This document shows, one piece after another, positions 10,997-20,453 of a stretch of 64,000 nt of DNA. The first letter of the stretch is position 1. The number at the start of each line of letters is the position of its first letter. Source of the stretch: Terriglobia bacterium. Its GTDB lineage: Bacteria; Acidobacteriota; Terriglobia; Terriglobales; Acidobacteriaceae. Under the pieces are notes generated by a model that was not told where the DNA came from, did no database searches, and saw only the letters and a list, made by a program, of their open reading frames with translations. The position numbers and the translations under genes are program-made. The stretch covers positions 12,544 through 76,543 of the forward strand of contig CAWJAA010000045.1 in NCBI GenBank assembly GCA_963840615.1. Reading direction: 5' to 3'.

Positions 10997-11860
10997 GTGC
11001 CCCTCCTTCACAACCTCCGTACCACGTTAGAGATGATCAAGTGGGAGCACTCCGTCTTCGCCCTGCCGTTTGCACTGTGCGGCGCCATGTTGGCTGCCAA
11101 CGGATGGCCCACTGCCCATCAACTGGCCTGGATCATCGTCGCCATGGTTTCGGCTCGCTCCGCCGCCATGGCCTTCAACCGGCTCGCCGACGCCTCCATC
11201 GACGCCGCGAACCCGCGCACCCAAACCCGTGCCCTGCCTGCCGGAACCTTGACTCCGGCATTCGTGACCACGTTCGTCCTCGTCTGCTGCGCCGTCTTCG
11301 TCCTCTCGGCCTCGCAACTCAATCGCCTCACCTTCTGGCTCTCCCCGGTCGCGCTCGCGATTCTGCTGCTCTACTCCTACACCAAGCGCTTCACCCGCTG
11401 GTCGCATCTCGTCCTCGGATTCGCCCTCGGCATCGCCCCCTCCGCCGCCTGGATCGCCATCCGCGGCTCTTACGATCTGCGCATGCTCCTGCTTACCGCC
11501 GCGGTCACCTTCTGGGTAGGAGGCTTCGACGTTCTCTACGCCTGCCAGGATCATGACTTCGACAAGGAAGCCGGCCTGCATTCGATCCCTCGCTACGTCG
11601 GAATCCCCAGTGCGCTCTGGATCGCCCGCGGTTTTCACTTGCTGATGTTGTTACTGCTGGTAAGCCTGGTAGGAGCGTTTGGACTGGGAAAGTTAGCGAT
11701 GGCAGGAGTGGCAGTGGTTGCTATGCTCCTGGCCTACGAACATTCACTGGTCAAACCCAGCGATCTATCGAACCTCAATGCCGCATTCTTCACTATGAAC
11801 GGCGTAATCTCGGTTGTGTTCTTCCTTTTCGTAGCCGCCGACCTGCTAGTCCGCCACTAG
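10997..11860 (+). CDS. mqnP: UbiA-family aromatic prenyltransferase, likely the futalosine-pathway prenyltransferase
   Basis: MIKWEHSVFALPFAL..., the NRLADASIDAANPRT Asp-rich motif, about 8 predicted TM helices and a second D-rich motif (CQDHDFDKEAG). Futalosine-pathway genes lie nearby. Confidence 0.7.
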   Translation: MPLLHNLRTTLEMIKWEHSVFALPFALCGAMLAANGWPTAHQLAWIIVAMVSARSAAMAFNRLADASIDAANPRTQTRALPAGTLTPAFVTTFVLVCCAVFVLSASQLNRLTFWLSPVALAILLLYSYTKRFTRWSHLVLGFALGIAPSAAWIAIRGSYDLRMLLLTAAVTFWVGGFDVLYACQDHDFDKEAGLHSIPRYVGIPSALWIARGFHLLMLLLLVSLVGAFGLGKLAMAGVAVVAMLLAYEHSLVKPSDLSNLNAAFFTMNGVISVVFFLFVAADLLVRH

Positions 11861-11926
11861 AAAGAGCCGTCTCTTGTTCCCCCGGTTTGCGGTTTAAAAG
11901 CCCTTCGCTGATCCGCCCGACTGGTT

Positions 11927-11960
11927 TCTTCGTGACCCTGGCGGTTAAGGCTTGGTGTGG
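11927..11960 (-). repeat. copy of dispersed motif family B (CCTTAACCRCCARGG..CACGAAG)
   Basis: The reverse complement reads CCACACCAAGCCTTAACCGCCAGGGTCACGAAGAA, about 20/23 identical to the core at 40163-40185. Intergenic position. Confidence 0.5.
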
Positions 11961-11962
11961 CG

Positions 11963-13111
11963 CTATGGAAGCTTCTCATGCACCCGATACTCCCGGTAAA
12001 GATCCAGACGGTTAATCACTCCGCGAATAATGTGGCTGTACGCGAAATATTCCCCCAAAGCTTCATCAGAAATGCTCTGCAGCGACCTTCTCCGCGCCTC
12101 TCGAATGATCGCCAAGTCCGCCTCGGTCAGGTTCGCTACCGCACTTTCAATAAACCGGTCCGCTCCGGCCACTCCAAAGAACGGAGGACTCTCCTGCACT
12201 TTCTTGTTCACCTCCGCCTCCAACTGCGGATCGCTGAGCTTCCGCTTCGGAGTCCACTCCGGATGCTGCTTCTCATACTCTTCCTGGCGCTGCATCGCCG
12301 CCCGAAACTCCTGCTCGCTGTGCGGCAGTCGCCCGATGTAGCTCAGCACTTCCTCCCGGCTGAACTTCACCGGCGCCGCGGACGGCCGATACGGCGCATA
12401 GGTCCGGTACGACTGGATCACTTTCTTCGAATCCTCGGGTAAGTCTGCCCACCCGGAAAATGTGCTCAGCGCCTTCAGGCTTTCTTCTGTCATGTTTAAG
12501 GCCAACAGCAGCGCAGCCGTCGCCCGGGCATAGCGCTCTTTGTCGCTCAATGCCGCAACCAGGTAGGAATCCTCTTTCTCCGGAGCCATGCTGCCATACA
12601 ACAGCAACGCCCCCATATCCCGATCCAATTGCATGGCATGCTGCGGAACATAGGTGTCCACTTTGGGGTACTGCAGGTAGCGCCCCGCCAATCGACCAAT
12701 ATCCACGCCTGCATTTGACATCCGCAACAGCAGCCGCAGATATCCCAGGGGCTCAATCTCGGCCATGTCGGCTTTTTCCAGGCTGCTCACCACAACCTTG
12801 GTCGACGCCTCCGACTGGTCCAGGCTGTAGAGCAGGGAAGCCCCATCGAACAGAAAGAAGCCGTCTTGTTTTTCCCCCGTCAGTAGCCGGAGCAAACACT
12901 CGGCGCCGGTTTGTTTGTCTTGCCCGGCCAGACGCCAGAAGGTATCCATCTGAAGCGATTTCGACGGGCGCTCCTTATCGGTGAGCCGGCTGGGCTGGAA
13001 CCCATAAGTCTGGGCTTTCGCCGCGTCCAGCGCAGCACACGGATCCGCTTTCTGTCCCCAAAGCGGCAGACACCACAGCAGCGTCAGAAACAGAAAAGCG
13101 CCATTCTTCAC
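11963..13111 (-). CDS. secreted hypothetical protein
   Basis: 382-aa ORF with a signal peptide (MKNGAFLFLTLLWCLPLWGQ) and normal-looking composition. I recognise no family motif. Confidence 0.6.
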   Translation of the reverse strand: MKNGAFLFLTLLWCLPLWGQKADPCAALDAAKAQTYGFQPSRLTDKERPSKSLQMDTFWRLAGQDKQTGAECLLRLLTGEKQDGFFLFDGASLLYSLDQSEASTKVVVSSLEKADMAEIEPLGYLRLLLRMSNAGVDIGRLAGRYLQYPKVDTYVPQHAMQLDRDMGALLLYGSMAPEKEDSYLVAALSDKERYARATAALLLALNMTEESLKALSTFSGWADLPEDSKKVIQSYRTYAPYRPSAAPVKFSREEVLSYIGRLPHSEQEFRAAMQRQEEYEKQHPEWTPKRKLSDPQLEAEVNKKVQESPPFFGVAGADRFIESAVANLTEADLAIIREARRRSLQSISDEALGEYFAYSHIIRGVINRLDLYREYRVHEKLP

Positions 13112-13320
13112 AGACCCTCCGCAAAGCTGCCCAATTCTAACCCGCTCGCTGTAGCACCTGCGTCCCGCCGCCCCAGCCGCGAGAAGCGGAGCGACTCTTT
13201 GCAGCGGTTTTCCCCGCGCTCAGTTTCCTGAGTGAGCCTTGGTGTTTGGGTGGCTTCTCGCCTCTCTGAGGCCCACTCCCCATGTGACTTGCCCCCAAGT
13301 CCTGCGCTATCATCGACACA

Positions 13321-14448
13321 ATGGCCAACCACCCGTTCCACACCGACGATGCGCGTCTTCACCGCATTGCCGAAAAAGTTTCCGCCGGCACCCGTCTCGA
13401 TGCCGACGACGCCCTGGCTCTCTACCGCACCGGAGACATCCTGGCCGTGGGTTGGCTGGCCAATACCGTCCGCGAGCGGATGCATGGCGACAAGGCGTAC
13501 TTCAACGTGAATCGCCACATCAATCCCACCAACGTCTGCGTGGCCGCCTGCCGCCTCTGCGCCTTTGGACGCAAGAAAGACTCTCCCGGCGCTTACACCA
13601 TGGCGCTTGATGAAGCTTTCGAAACCGCCGCTTCCGGATACACCGAAGCCGTTACCGAATTCCACATCGTCGGAGGCCTGCATCCTGACCTCCCGTTCCA
13701 GTATTTTCTCGATCTCTGCTCGGGGCTGAAGCAGCGCTTTCCGCAAGTGCATCTGAAAGCTTTCACCATGGTGGAAGTGGCTTACCTCTCCAAGCGCGCC
13801 AAGCTTTCGATCCAGGAAACTCTGGAGCAACTGAAAGCCGCCGGCGTCGATTCGCTTCCCGGCGGTGGCGCCGAAATTTTTGCCGACCGCATTCGTCATA
13901 TCATCTGCGACCACAAAATCGACGGCGACCAGTGGCTTGACACCGCCAGGCTGGCCCACCAGATCGGCCTGAAGTCCAACGCCACCATGCTCTACGGCCA
14001 CGTCGAGAACGACGAAGACCGCGTCGACCATCTGCTCAAGCTGCGCGCCCTGCAGGACGAAACCCACGGTTTCCAGACTTTCATCCCGCTGGCCTTCCAT
14101 CCCGACAACACCCCCCTGCAGCACCTGCCGAAAACCACCGGTATGTTGGATATCAAGCAGATTGCCGTCAGCCGCCTGGTGCTCGACAATTTCCCCCACA
14201 TCAAAGCCTACTGGCAGATGATGAGCGCCAAGATCGCCCAAATCGCTCTGCGCTTCGGCGCCGATGACATCGATGGAACGGTGATCGAAGAGAAGATCTA
14301 CCACGACGCCGGCGCCACCACCCCCCAAGGCATGCGCCGCGAGGAACTCATCCGCCTGATCAAAGAGGCCGGTCGCGAACCCATCGAACGCGACACCCTC
14401 TACCGTCCCGTGACCCGCACAGAAACATCCGTAACAGTGGCTGTCTAG
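13321..14448 (+). CDS. mqnE: radical SAM menaquinone (futalosine pathway) enzyme, MqnE-like aminofutalosine synthase (MqnC paralogue not excluded)
   Basis: YFNVNRHINPTNVCVAACRLCAF carries the CX3CX2C cluster motif. LPGGGAEIF, SNATMLYGHVE and GFQTFIPLAFHPDNT blocks are typical of the MqnE/MqnC/CofH fold. Choosing MqnE over MqnC rests on remembered motif flavour only. Confidence 0.7.
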   Translation: MANHPFHTDDARLHRIAEKVSAGTRLDADDALALYRTGDILAVGWLANTVRERMHGDKAYFNVNRHINPTNVCVAACRLCAFGRKKDSPGAYTMALDEAFETAASGYTEAVTEFHIVGGLHPDLPFQYFLDLCSGLKQRFPQVHLKAFTMVEVAYLSKRAKLSIQETLEQLKAAGVDSLPGGGAEIFADRIRHIICDHKIDGDQWLDTARLAHQIGLKSNATMLYGHVENDEDRVDHLLKLRALQDETHGFQTFIPLAFHPDNTPLQHLPKTTGMLDIKQIAVSRLVLDNFPHIKAYWQMMSAKIAQIALRFGADDIDGTVIEEKIYHDAGATTPQGMRREELIRLIKEAGREPIERDTLYRPVTRTETSVTVAV

Positions 14449-14555
14449 AGAAAATCACATGGGGACAGCCGTCTCGGCTGTCCTCCAAGCGAAGCATGGT
14501 GAAACGGCGAACGCGCGCAAACCACGCATCCTGTGCCCGAGTGCACACGCTCGTA

Positions 14556-14590
14556 CCTTTCGCGTCCCTGAATGTCCTCGGTGGTTAAGG
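14556..14590 (-). repeat. copy of dispersed motif family B
   Basis: The reverse complement CCTTAACCACCGAGGACATTCAGGGACGCGAAAGG matches 40163-40197 at 28/35 positions. Intergenic, upstream of the permease gene. Confidence 0.55.
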
Positions 14591-14698
14591 CGTTTCCCCG
14601 CGCCTTCTGTGGGCAAAGGCTTTCGCTGCCCAAACCCGGAAACCAATTTTTTACATCTTCTCTCGCTTACCGTTCCCGTCCCTCTGTGTCAAACTAGT

Positions 14699-15961
14699 AT
14701 GGTTAGGGGATTCATGCGCGCGTTTGCCGACCTTCTCGCCCAGATCTTCCGCAATTTGTGGGCGCACAAAATGCGCTCTTTCCTGACCATGTTCGGCATT
14801 GCCTGGGGCGTGGGCTCGCTGCTTCTGTTGGTTGGACTGGGGGAAGGCTTCCGCGCTGGCAACAAGCGCAATCTCTCGCAGTTCGGCGAAAACATTATGT
14901 TCATTTTCCCCGGCCGCGCTCCCGCGGTGCAGGGCAACATGAGTTCCGCCCGTACCTATCGGCTCACCTACAAGGACTACGCTGACATTCAGACTGACGC
15001 CCCACACGTTCTCGCCGCGACCCCGGTTCTCACCAAGGACGACACCCACGCGGTCAGCGAATTTGCCACCGCCAATGGGCAAGTCACCGGAGCTCTGCCT
15101 CAGTATCGCGGCATCCGTTATCTTCCCCTTCGCGAAGGCCGCTGGCTCGATTGGCTCGACGAAGGCCAGGAACACCACGTGATCGTGCTCGGCGACGAGA
15201 TGCGCCGTAACCTCTTTCCCGGACGCCCCGCCGTCGGTGCCTTCATTTTGATGAACGGCATCCGCTTCCAGGTCGTCGGCACCCTTGATCGTGTCGGCCG
15301 TGGCGACGACAATTCCACCAACATGCGCTGCTATATCCCCTTCTCAGTCATGAGAGATTATTTCCCGCTTCCCGGCGAAGAGTCCCAGGACGCAATCTCC
15401 TTTATCAACTATCAGCCCCGTGTCGCCGAAGAACACTTGATCGCACAAGATGAGATCCGCAAGATTATCGCCCGCAATCATGGCTTTGATTTTCACGACA
15501 CCGACGCCTTCGAAGGTTGGGATACCGTTCAACAGGCGCAGATGATGAGCATGATCTTTGACGCCATGAATACTTTTCTCGGCACCGTGGGCATGGTCAC
15601 GCTCGCCCTGGGCGCCATCGGGGTCATCAATATCATGCTGGTCGCGGTCAGCGACCGCACCCGGGAAATCGGCCTGCGCAAAGCTCTCGGCGCCACCAAC
15701 CGCAGCATTCTGATGCAGTTCTTCCTCGAAGGAGTCCTGATCACCGTGCTCAGCGGATTAATCGGAATGGGATTTGCCGGCGGCCTCATGGCCTTTCTGG
15801 GACAGTTCCAGGGGCCCGGTGGTTTCGATCCCCCCAAACTGGTTCCCGCCACTGCCATCCTGGCCATTGCCAGTCTGGCATTCGCTGGCGTTGTCGCCGG
15901 ACTTTATCCCGCGCGCAAGGCCGCGATGCTGGAGCCGGTCGAAGCCCTGAGACAGGAGTAA
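14699..15961 (+). CDS. ABC transporter permease, MacB/FtsX family
   Basis: N-terminal TM helix (MRSFLTMFGIAWGVGSLLLLVGLGEG), a large periplasmic domain, and a C-terminal FtsX module (..VSDRTREIGLRKALGAT...) with 3 TM helices. Start taken at ATG 14699, not the track's 14459. Confidence 0.85.
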   Translation: MVRGFMRAFADLLAQIFRNLWAHKMRSFLTMFGIAWGVGSLLLLVGLGEGFRAGNKRNLSQFGENIMFIFPGRAPAVQGNMSSARTYRLTYKDYADIQTDAPHVLAATPVLTKDDTHAVSEFATANGQVTGALPQYRGIRYLPLREGRWLDWLDEGQEHHVIVLGDEMRRNLFPGRPAVGAFILMNGIRFQVVGTLDRVGRGDDNSTNMRCYIPFSVMRDYFPLPGEESQDAISFINYQPRVAEEHLIAQDEIRKIIARNHGFDFHDTDAFEGWDTVQQAQMMSMIFDAMNTFLGTVGMVTLALGAIGVINIMLVAVSDRTREIGLRKALGATNRSILMQFFLEGVLITVLSGLIGMGFAGGLMAFLGQFQGPGGFDPPKLVPATAILAIASLAFAGVVAGLYPARKAAMLEPVEALRQE

Positions 15962-15963
15962 GC

Positions 15964-17205
15964 GTGTTCAAGGACCTTTTACGCGAAGCCTACAGCGCCA
16001 TGCGCCACAACTGGCGCCGTACCATGCTCACCATGCTCGGCATGGCGTGGGGCATCGCCACCGTGGTCATGCTGCTGTCCTACGGCAATGGCTTCGGCCA
16101 GGCCTGTGCCAACATCTTCGCCAACTTCGGCACCAAGCTCATGATCCTGGCCCCGGGTCGCAGTTCCATGCAGGCCGGAGGACAGAAGGCCGGTGCGCCC
16201 ATCCGCTTTACCATCGATGACATCGCAACCCTGACCAACAATCTTCCCCAGATCACCCACATCACCCCGGAATGCGGCAAGCAGTGCAATATTCAGTACG
16301 ACACCCGCACTTATCCCATCTACGTCAGCGGAAATTATCCCAACGTCGAGTCTATTCGTGCCTTGGCAGTTGCCCAGGGACGCTTCTATAACGCCGAGGA
16401 CGAAATGCAACACGCCCGCGTCGCCGTCATCGGCTCTGACACCAAAGACAAGCTGTTCTCCGGACGCAACGCCCTCGGCGAACGCATCCGCATCGATGGC
16501 ATCAGCTTCGAAGTGGTCGGCATCCTCGCCCCCAAAATGCAGGCGGGCGACGATAACGTCAACCGCATCATCTACATCCCCTTCACCGCCGTCGGCGATC
16601 TCAAAGACACCCACTATCTCGATTCCATCTGGTTCAACTACGAAACCAACGAATACGCGCGGCTTGAGCAGTCCGTGCGCTACCTCTTGGCTCCGCTTCA
16701 CCAGTTCAATCCGGCCGACCGCCGCGCCCTGTTCGTCTTTAATTTGATGGACCAGGTCCACCAGTTCGAACTGATCACCCTCGGCCTGAAGATTCTTCTC
16801 GGGTTCATCGGCACCCTCACGCTCGGCATCGGCGGAGTCGGTCTCATGAACATCATGCTGGTTTCCGTCACCCAGCGCACCCGCGAAATCGGCCTGGAAA
16901 AATCTCTTGGTGCCCGCGCCCGCGACATCTTCCTGCAATTCCTTGCCGAAGCTCTGACCATCACCTTTCTGGGCGGCGCCCTGGGCGTCATCCTCGCCTA
17001 CACCGTGGCCCTCTCCGTGGGACGCCTCACCCTCTACAGCGCCATCGCCAAACACGCCGAAGCCGGAGACGTCCGCCTCGTCATTGATCCCACGACGCTG
17101 GTCGTCGCCACCATCATTCTCGCCATTGTCGGTCTCCTGAGCGGCATGATCCCCGCTCTTCGCGCCTCCCGCCTCGACCCCATCGAAGCCCTCCGCTACG
17201 AGTAG
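15964..17205 (+). CDS. ABC transporter permease, MacB/FtsX family (second paralogue)
   Basis: Same architecture as the upstream gene (..VTQRTREIGLEKSLGAR..). GTG start lies 2 nt after the upstream stop. No cognate ATPase is present in the window. Confidence 0.85.
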   Translation: MFKDLLREAYSAMRHNWRRTMLTMLGMAWGIATVVMLLSYGNGFGQACANIFANFGTKLMILAPGRSSMQAGGQKAGAPIRFTIDDIATLTNNLPQITHITPECGKQCNIQYDTRTYPIYVSGNYPNVESIRALAVAQGRFYNAEDEMQHARVAVIGSDTKDKLFSGRNALGERIRIDGISFEVVGILAPKMQAGDDNVNRIIYIPFTAVGDLKDTHYLDSIWFNYETNEYARLEQSVRYLLAPLHQFNPADRRALFVFNLMDQVHQFELITLGLKILLGFIGTLTLGIGGVGLMNIMLVSVTQRTREIGLEKSLGARARDIFLQFLAEALTITFLGGALGVILAYTVALSVGRLTLYSAIAKHAEAGDVRLVIDPTTLVVATIILAIVGLLSGMIPALRASRLDPIEALRYE

Positions 17206-17405
17206 CGTCTGTCTGGGGACCCTGCCCACCCAGCCAGGAGCGCGAACTCTTTTGAGTCAAAGCTGCTCCCCTCGTCAAGTACAAGCATCACAATGCCCGC
17301 GCCCGTTCCCCGATTCCTTGCTTCCCCCCGGTTTCTGTGGGTGTAGAATCAAATCGTAGCGACAGAGAGCTTCACGGGATCCGCTCCCCGTTTCCGAGGC
17401 GATGC

Positions 17406-18452
17406 ATGAATGTCCACATCGGCTACAAAGTTCACAAGACTCCCGACATCGAAAAAGAAATCAACCATCACCTCGAAAAGTTACGCAAGCGCCTGCAAGT
17501 CTTTCGCCCTGAACTGGTGCACTTGAAAGCGGCGATTGAGCAGAACTCTCCGCGTGAGGGCTTCATCGTTTCCTTGAACTTGCGCCTGCCCTCCGGACAA
17601 ATGGCCGTCCAGAACTCCGCTTCCACGGCCACCGCCGCGCTGAAGGCCGCCTTCGAAGACCTGCTCCAGCAGCTCAACAAGCACAAAGCGCAACTGCGCA
17701 ATACCCGCAAGTGGCCGCGCTGGCGCGGTGTCGAAAACGAGCGTCCCCAGCCCCAGGTTCCATTCGAAGACACCCTGGCCGCCGTCCGGCCTCCCACCGT
17801 CTCCCAGGATGACGTTCGCACCTACGTCAATGCCAATCTTGGCCGTCTCGAACGCTTTGTCGAACGGGAACTTGTTTACCGCGAAGCCACCGACCAGATC
17901 CCTGCCGATTCCATCTCAAAAGAAGAGGTGATCGACGAAGCGGTCGCGCGGGCGCTAGGCGACGCAGGCGAAAAGCCCGAGCGCCTCGCCCTCGAACCCT
18001 GGCTCTACCGCCTGGCTCTTCACGCCATCGGAGACCTCGCCGCCCGCGATCATGAAGAAATACCCTCGGTGCACCTGGAAGATTCCGTCCGCCGTCAGAA
18101 CGTTCGCGCCAGTGATGAACCCGTCCTGCAATTTCATCAACCGGATGAAACCCTCACCGAGGAAAGCATCATCCCAGACCGGGGCACGGCGACTCCGGAA
18201 GCCATCGCTGACAACGACGAAATGGTGAACCTCGTTCAGTTCGCGCTGCAAGGCCTCGACCGCACCGACCGCGAGGTTTTCCTCCTGCACGGCATCGAAG
18301 GCTTCACCGTCGAGGAAATCTCCGCCATCACCGATCGCAAGCCCGACCAGGTCAGGGCCTCCATCTCTGTCGCCCGCGACCATCTTCGCCACTTCGCTCC
18401 CATCGCCAACCGGTTCAAGGAAAAACTACTTCAGGGGTCCGCCACCGACTAA
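17406..18452 (+). CDS. fusion protein: HPF/RaiA (S30AE) ribosome-hibernation domain plus ECF-type sigma-70 regions 2 and 4
   Basis: Residues 1-100 (MNVHIGYKVHKTPDIEKEINHHLEKL...VSLNLRLPSGQMAVQNSASTATAALKAAFEDLLQQLNKHKAQLRN) follow the HPF/YfiA pattern. The C-terminal half has sigma region 2 (EEVIDEAVARAL..PWLYRLALHAIGDLAAR) and region 4 (LDRTDREVFLLHGIEGFTVEEISAITDRKPDQVRASISVARDHLR). Confidence 0.7.
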   Translation: MNVHIGYKVHKTPDIEKEINHHLEKLRKRLQVFRPELVHLKAAIEQNSPREGFIVSLNLRLPSGQMAVQNSASTATAALKAAFEDLLQQLNKHKAQLRNTRKWPRWRGVENERPQPQVPFEDTLAAVRPPTVSQDDVRTYVNANLGRLERFVERELVYREATDQIPADSISKEEVIDEAVARALGDAGEKPERLALEPWLYRLALHAIGDLAARDHEEIPSVHLEDSVRRQNVRASDEPVLQFHQPDETLTEESIIPDRGTATPEAIADNDEMVNLVQFALQGLDRTDREVFLLHGIEGFTVEEISAITDRKPDQVRASISVARDHLRHFAPIANRFKEKLLQGSATD

Positions 18453-18478
18453 CCAAATACCGCACACAGGAGCATTCG

Positions 18479-19663
18479 ATGATTACCCGCGAAGACATCC
18501 GTGAGCTGGCGCAATTCCAGTTTGATGCCAAAGACAAGGAAGCTTGTGCCCTGAGTTTTTACTTTCAGCCTCGTCCGCCCCAGAACAAGTCCCACCGCGA
18601 AGAGGCCATTCTCGCCAAAGACCTGGTGCGCAATGCCATGCGCGAGGCCGAAAAAAGCGGTAAGAACGGATGTGCCCGCGCCGACCTGCTGCGTATGCTC
18701 AGCGTGGCCGAGACGCTTCACGGTCACCAGACCCACGCCAAAGCCATCTTCGCCTGCGGTGCCCACAATTTCTGGCGCGAGTTCGACCTCCCTCCCGAAC
18801 TCCCCGGAAGCCAGCTCGTCGTCAACCGCCGTTTCCATCTCAAGCCCCTCGCCCTTTTGCTCGGAGCCCAGCGCCGCGTCGGCGTCGCCCTGGTCAACCG
18901 CCAACGCGCCCGGCTCTTCGATCTTCGCTTGGATGAACTGAAGGAAAGGGAGGGCATGTATCATGCCGTCCCGCGCCGCACTCGCAGCGATGGCTACGCC
19001 GGATACAATGCCGGACACCACGAGCGCCACGTAGCCGGAGAAGCTTTACACCACTTCAAAGATGTCGCCGCCCGCCTGAAAGACGAGGCCGAAAAAGGCG
19101 CCTGGGAAAAACTGATCATCGGATGCCAGGATAACCACTGGCCTGAGTTCGAGCCCCAACTTCATCCCTACGTGGTGCAACGCCTGCTCGGACACTTCTC
19201 CATCGACGTCACTACCGCTACCAATGACGAAATCCACCAGCACGCGTCCCGTATCCTGCTCACAAACCGCGATAACCGGCGCAAGAGTCTGATCCGCGAG
19301 GCTCTCAATCAGGCCAAGAGTAATAACCGTGGCGTCACCGGACTACGCCGCGTCCTGCGCTCCCTCGAACTGGGGGAAGTCCAGACCCTGCTGATGGGCG
19401 AGAGCTACTCTGCCCACGCCGTCGAATGCGCCAACTGCGGACATCTCGACGCCCACATCGTGCGCCTTTGCCCGGTCTGCGGACACGACACCCGCGAACT
19501 GGAAAATGTCTGCGACGCCATCATCGCCGCTGCCATCCGCCTCGACATCGAACTGTTTTACGTCAAAGACGACCCGGAGTTCGACAGCGCGGGCAACATC
19601 GCCGCACTCCTCCGCTTCCGTGCCGACCAGACCCGAGGTGCCGGCATCGCCGTAGCCTCCTGA
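18479..19663 (+). CDS. eRF1/Pelota-superfamily protein (bacterial aeRF1-like, baeRF-type) with a Zn-ribbon insert
   Basis: Three-domain pattern: middle-domain start RRVGVALVNRQRARLF, C-domain GVTGLRRVLRSLELGEVQTLLM, terminal ..GNIAALLRF as in eRF1/Pelota. CANCGH..x10..CPVCGH forms a 4-Cys ribbon. No GGQ motif. Confidence 0.65.
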   Translation: MITREDIRELAQFQFDAKDKEACALSFYFQPRPPQNKSHREEAILAKDLVRNAMREAEKSGKNGCARADLLRMLSVAETLHGHQTHAKAIFACGAHNFWREFDLPPELPGSQLVVNRRFHLKPLALLLGAQRRVGVALVNRQRARLFDLRLDELKEREGMYHAVPRRTRSDGYAGYNAGHHERHVAGEALHHFKDVAARLKDEAEKGAWEKLIIGCQDNHWPEFEPQLHPYVVQRLLGHFSIDVTTATNDEIHQHASRILLTNRDNRRKSLIREALNQAKSNNRGVTGLRRVLRSLELGEVQTLLMGESYSAHAVECANCGHLDAHIVRLCPVCGHDTRELENVCDAIIAAAIRLDIELFYVKDDPEFDSAGNIAALLRFRADQTRGAGIAVAS

Positions 19664-19788
19664 ATCTTCTTTGGGAAGGGAAGTGTTGGGATTCCAAGTG
19701 GGGATTAGAAATGCCGGGTTAAGAATGTGGGGGGACGGGCGACCCGCCCCCAACCAACAGCCCAGACATTCCTGTTTGTGCGCCCGCC

Positions 19789-20268
19789 CTACTTCTTCGC
19801 CTTCGCCGGATCATCCTCTGCATTCACGTAATTGATTACGAACGGACCCATTCCGTGCAATTGCAGCACCGTCTCTCCTCGGGCCTTGGCAAAATGCCGC
19901 ATCTCCTTCGGCATTTGTACATACGATCCCGGAGGCAATTCCCCGAGCGCCGCCTCATCGTACTTCTCTCCCATCCCAGCCAGAAACGTCCCCCGCAGCA
20001 CCGTCACGTTCTCGTCTTCCGGATGCCAGTGCGGAGGAATTCTGGTTCCATCCGATAGCCGCAAACGTATCGTATACATTCCTGTTTTGCCGGGATCCCC
20101 CGCCAACACCGTCAGCTCGACTCCTGGCATGAACGGTTCCCACTTGAGCGTCCCCGGCTTTACAATCGTAGGTCCCGAGCCAGTTTGTGCACTCCCCGCC
20201 ACACTAGCCGCAAACCACACCAGAAGAACCACTGCCCATCTGTTCATTCCATCCTCCTTGCACCGCAT
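19789..20268 (-). CDS. secreted cupin-domain protein
   Basis: Signal peptide (MNRWAVVLLVWFAASVAGSAQ) and cupin metal motif (PPHWHPEDENVTVLRG...PKEMRHF). Start is 20268 or 20247. Confidence 0.75.
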   Translation of the reverse strand: MRCKEDGMNRWAVVLLVWFAASVAGSAQTGSGPTIVKPGTLKWEPFMPGVELTVLAGDPGKTGMYTIRLRLSDGTRIPPHWHPEDENVTVLRGTFLAGMGEKYDEAALGELPPGSYVQMPKEMRHFAKARGETVLQLHGMGPFVINYVNAEDDPAKAKK

Positions 20269-20453
20269 GCGCTCCGGCGAACATTAAAACCAACCCATCC
20301 CGCGCGGTCAAGTGCTGCCAGCGTGAATCCTGAGCCTCTCCTGCGCTTAAAGGCTTGGACTCGCATCGTCGCTCTTTGTTCCTGATCTGCTGATACTCCG
20401 GCGACCTCCGTGCTATTCTTCTCGCCGTTCCCACCTCAATCCGGAGCCGCCCC

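Noticed and set aside
13108-14328. Long antisense ORFs opposite well-supported genes: 13108..14328 (-), 15979..17229 (-), 7515..9179 (-), 27535..29193 (-), 39063..40193 (-), 57046..58554 (+), 26420..27304 (+), 20532..21629 (-), 2384..3439 (-)
   Set aside because: Each mirrors a gene with strong conserved motifs on the other strand. All show Gly/Arg/Asp/His-biased low-information sequence and lack signal peptides, RBS or recognisable domains.
17318-17349. Sigma-70-type promoter (TTGCTT ... TAGAAT) upstream of the HPF-sigma gene
   Set aside because: The spacer between the candidate -35 and -10 hexamers is 20 nt, too long for a canonical promoter, and acidobacterial promoter rules are poorly defined. 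Not reported as a feature.
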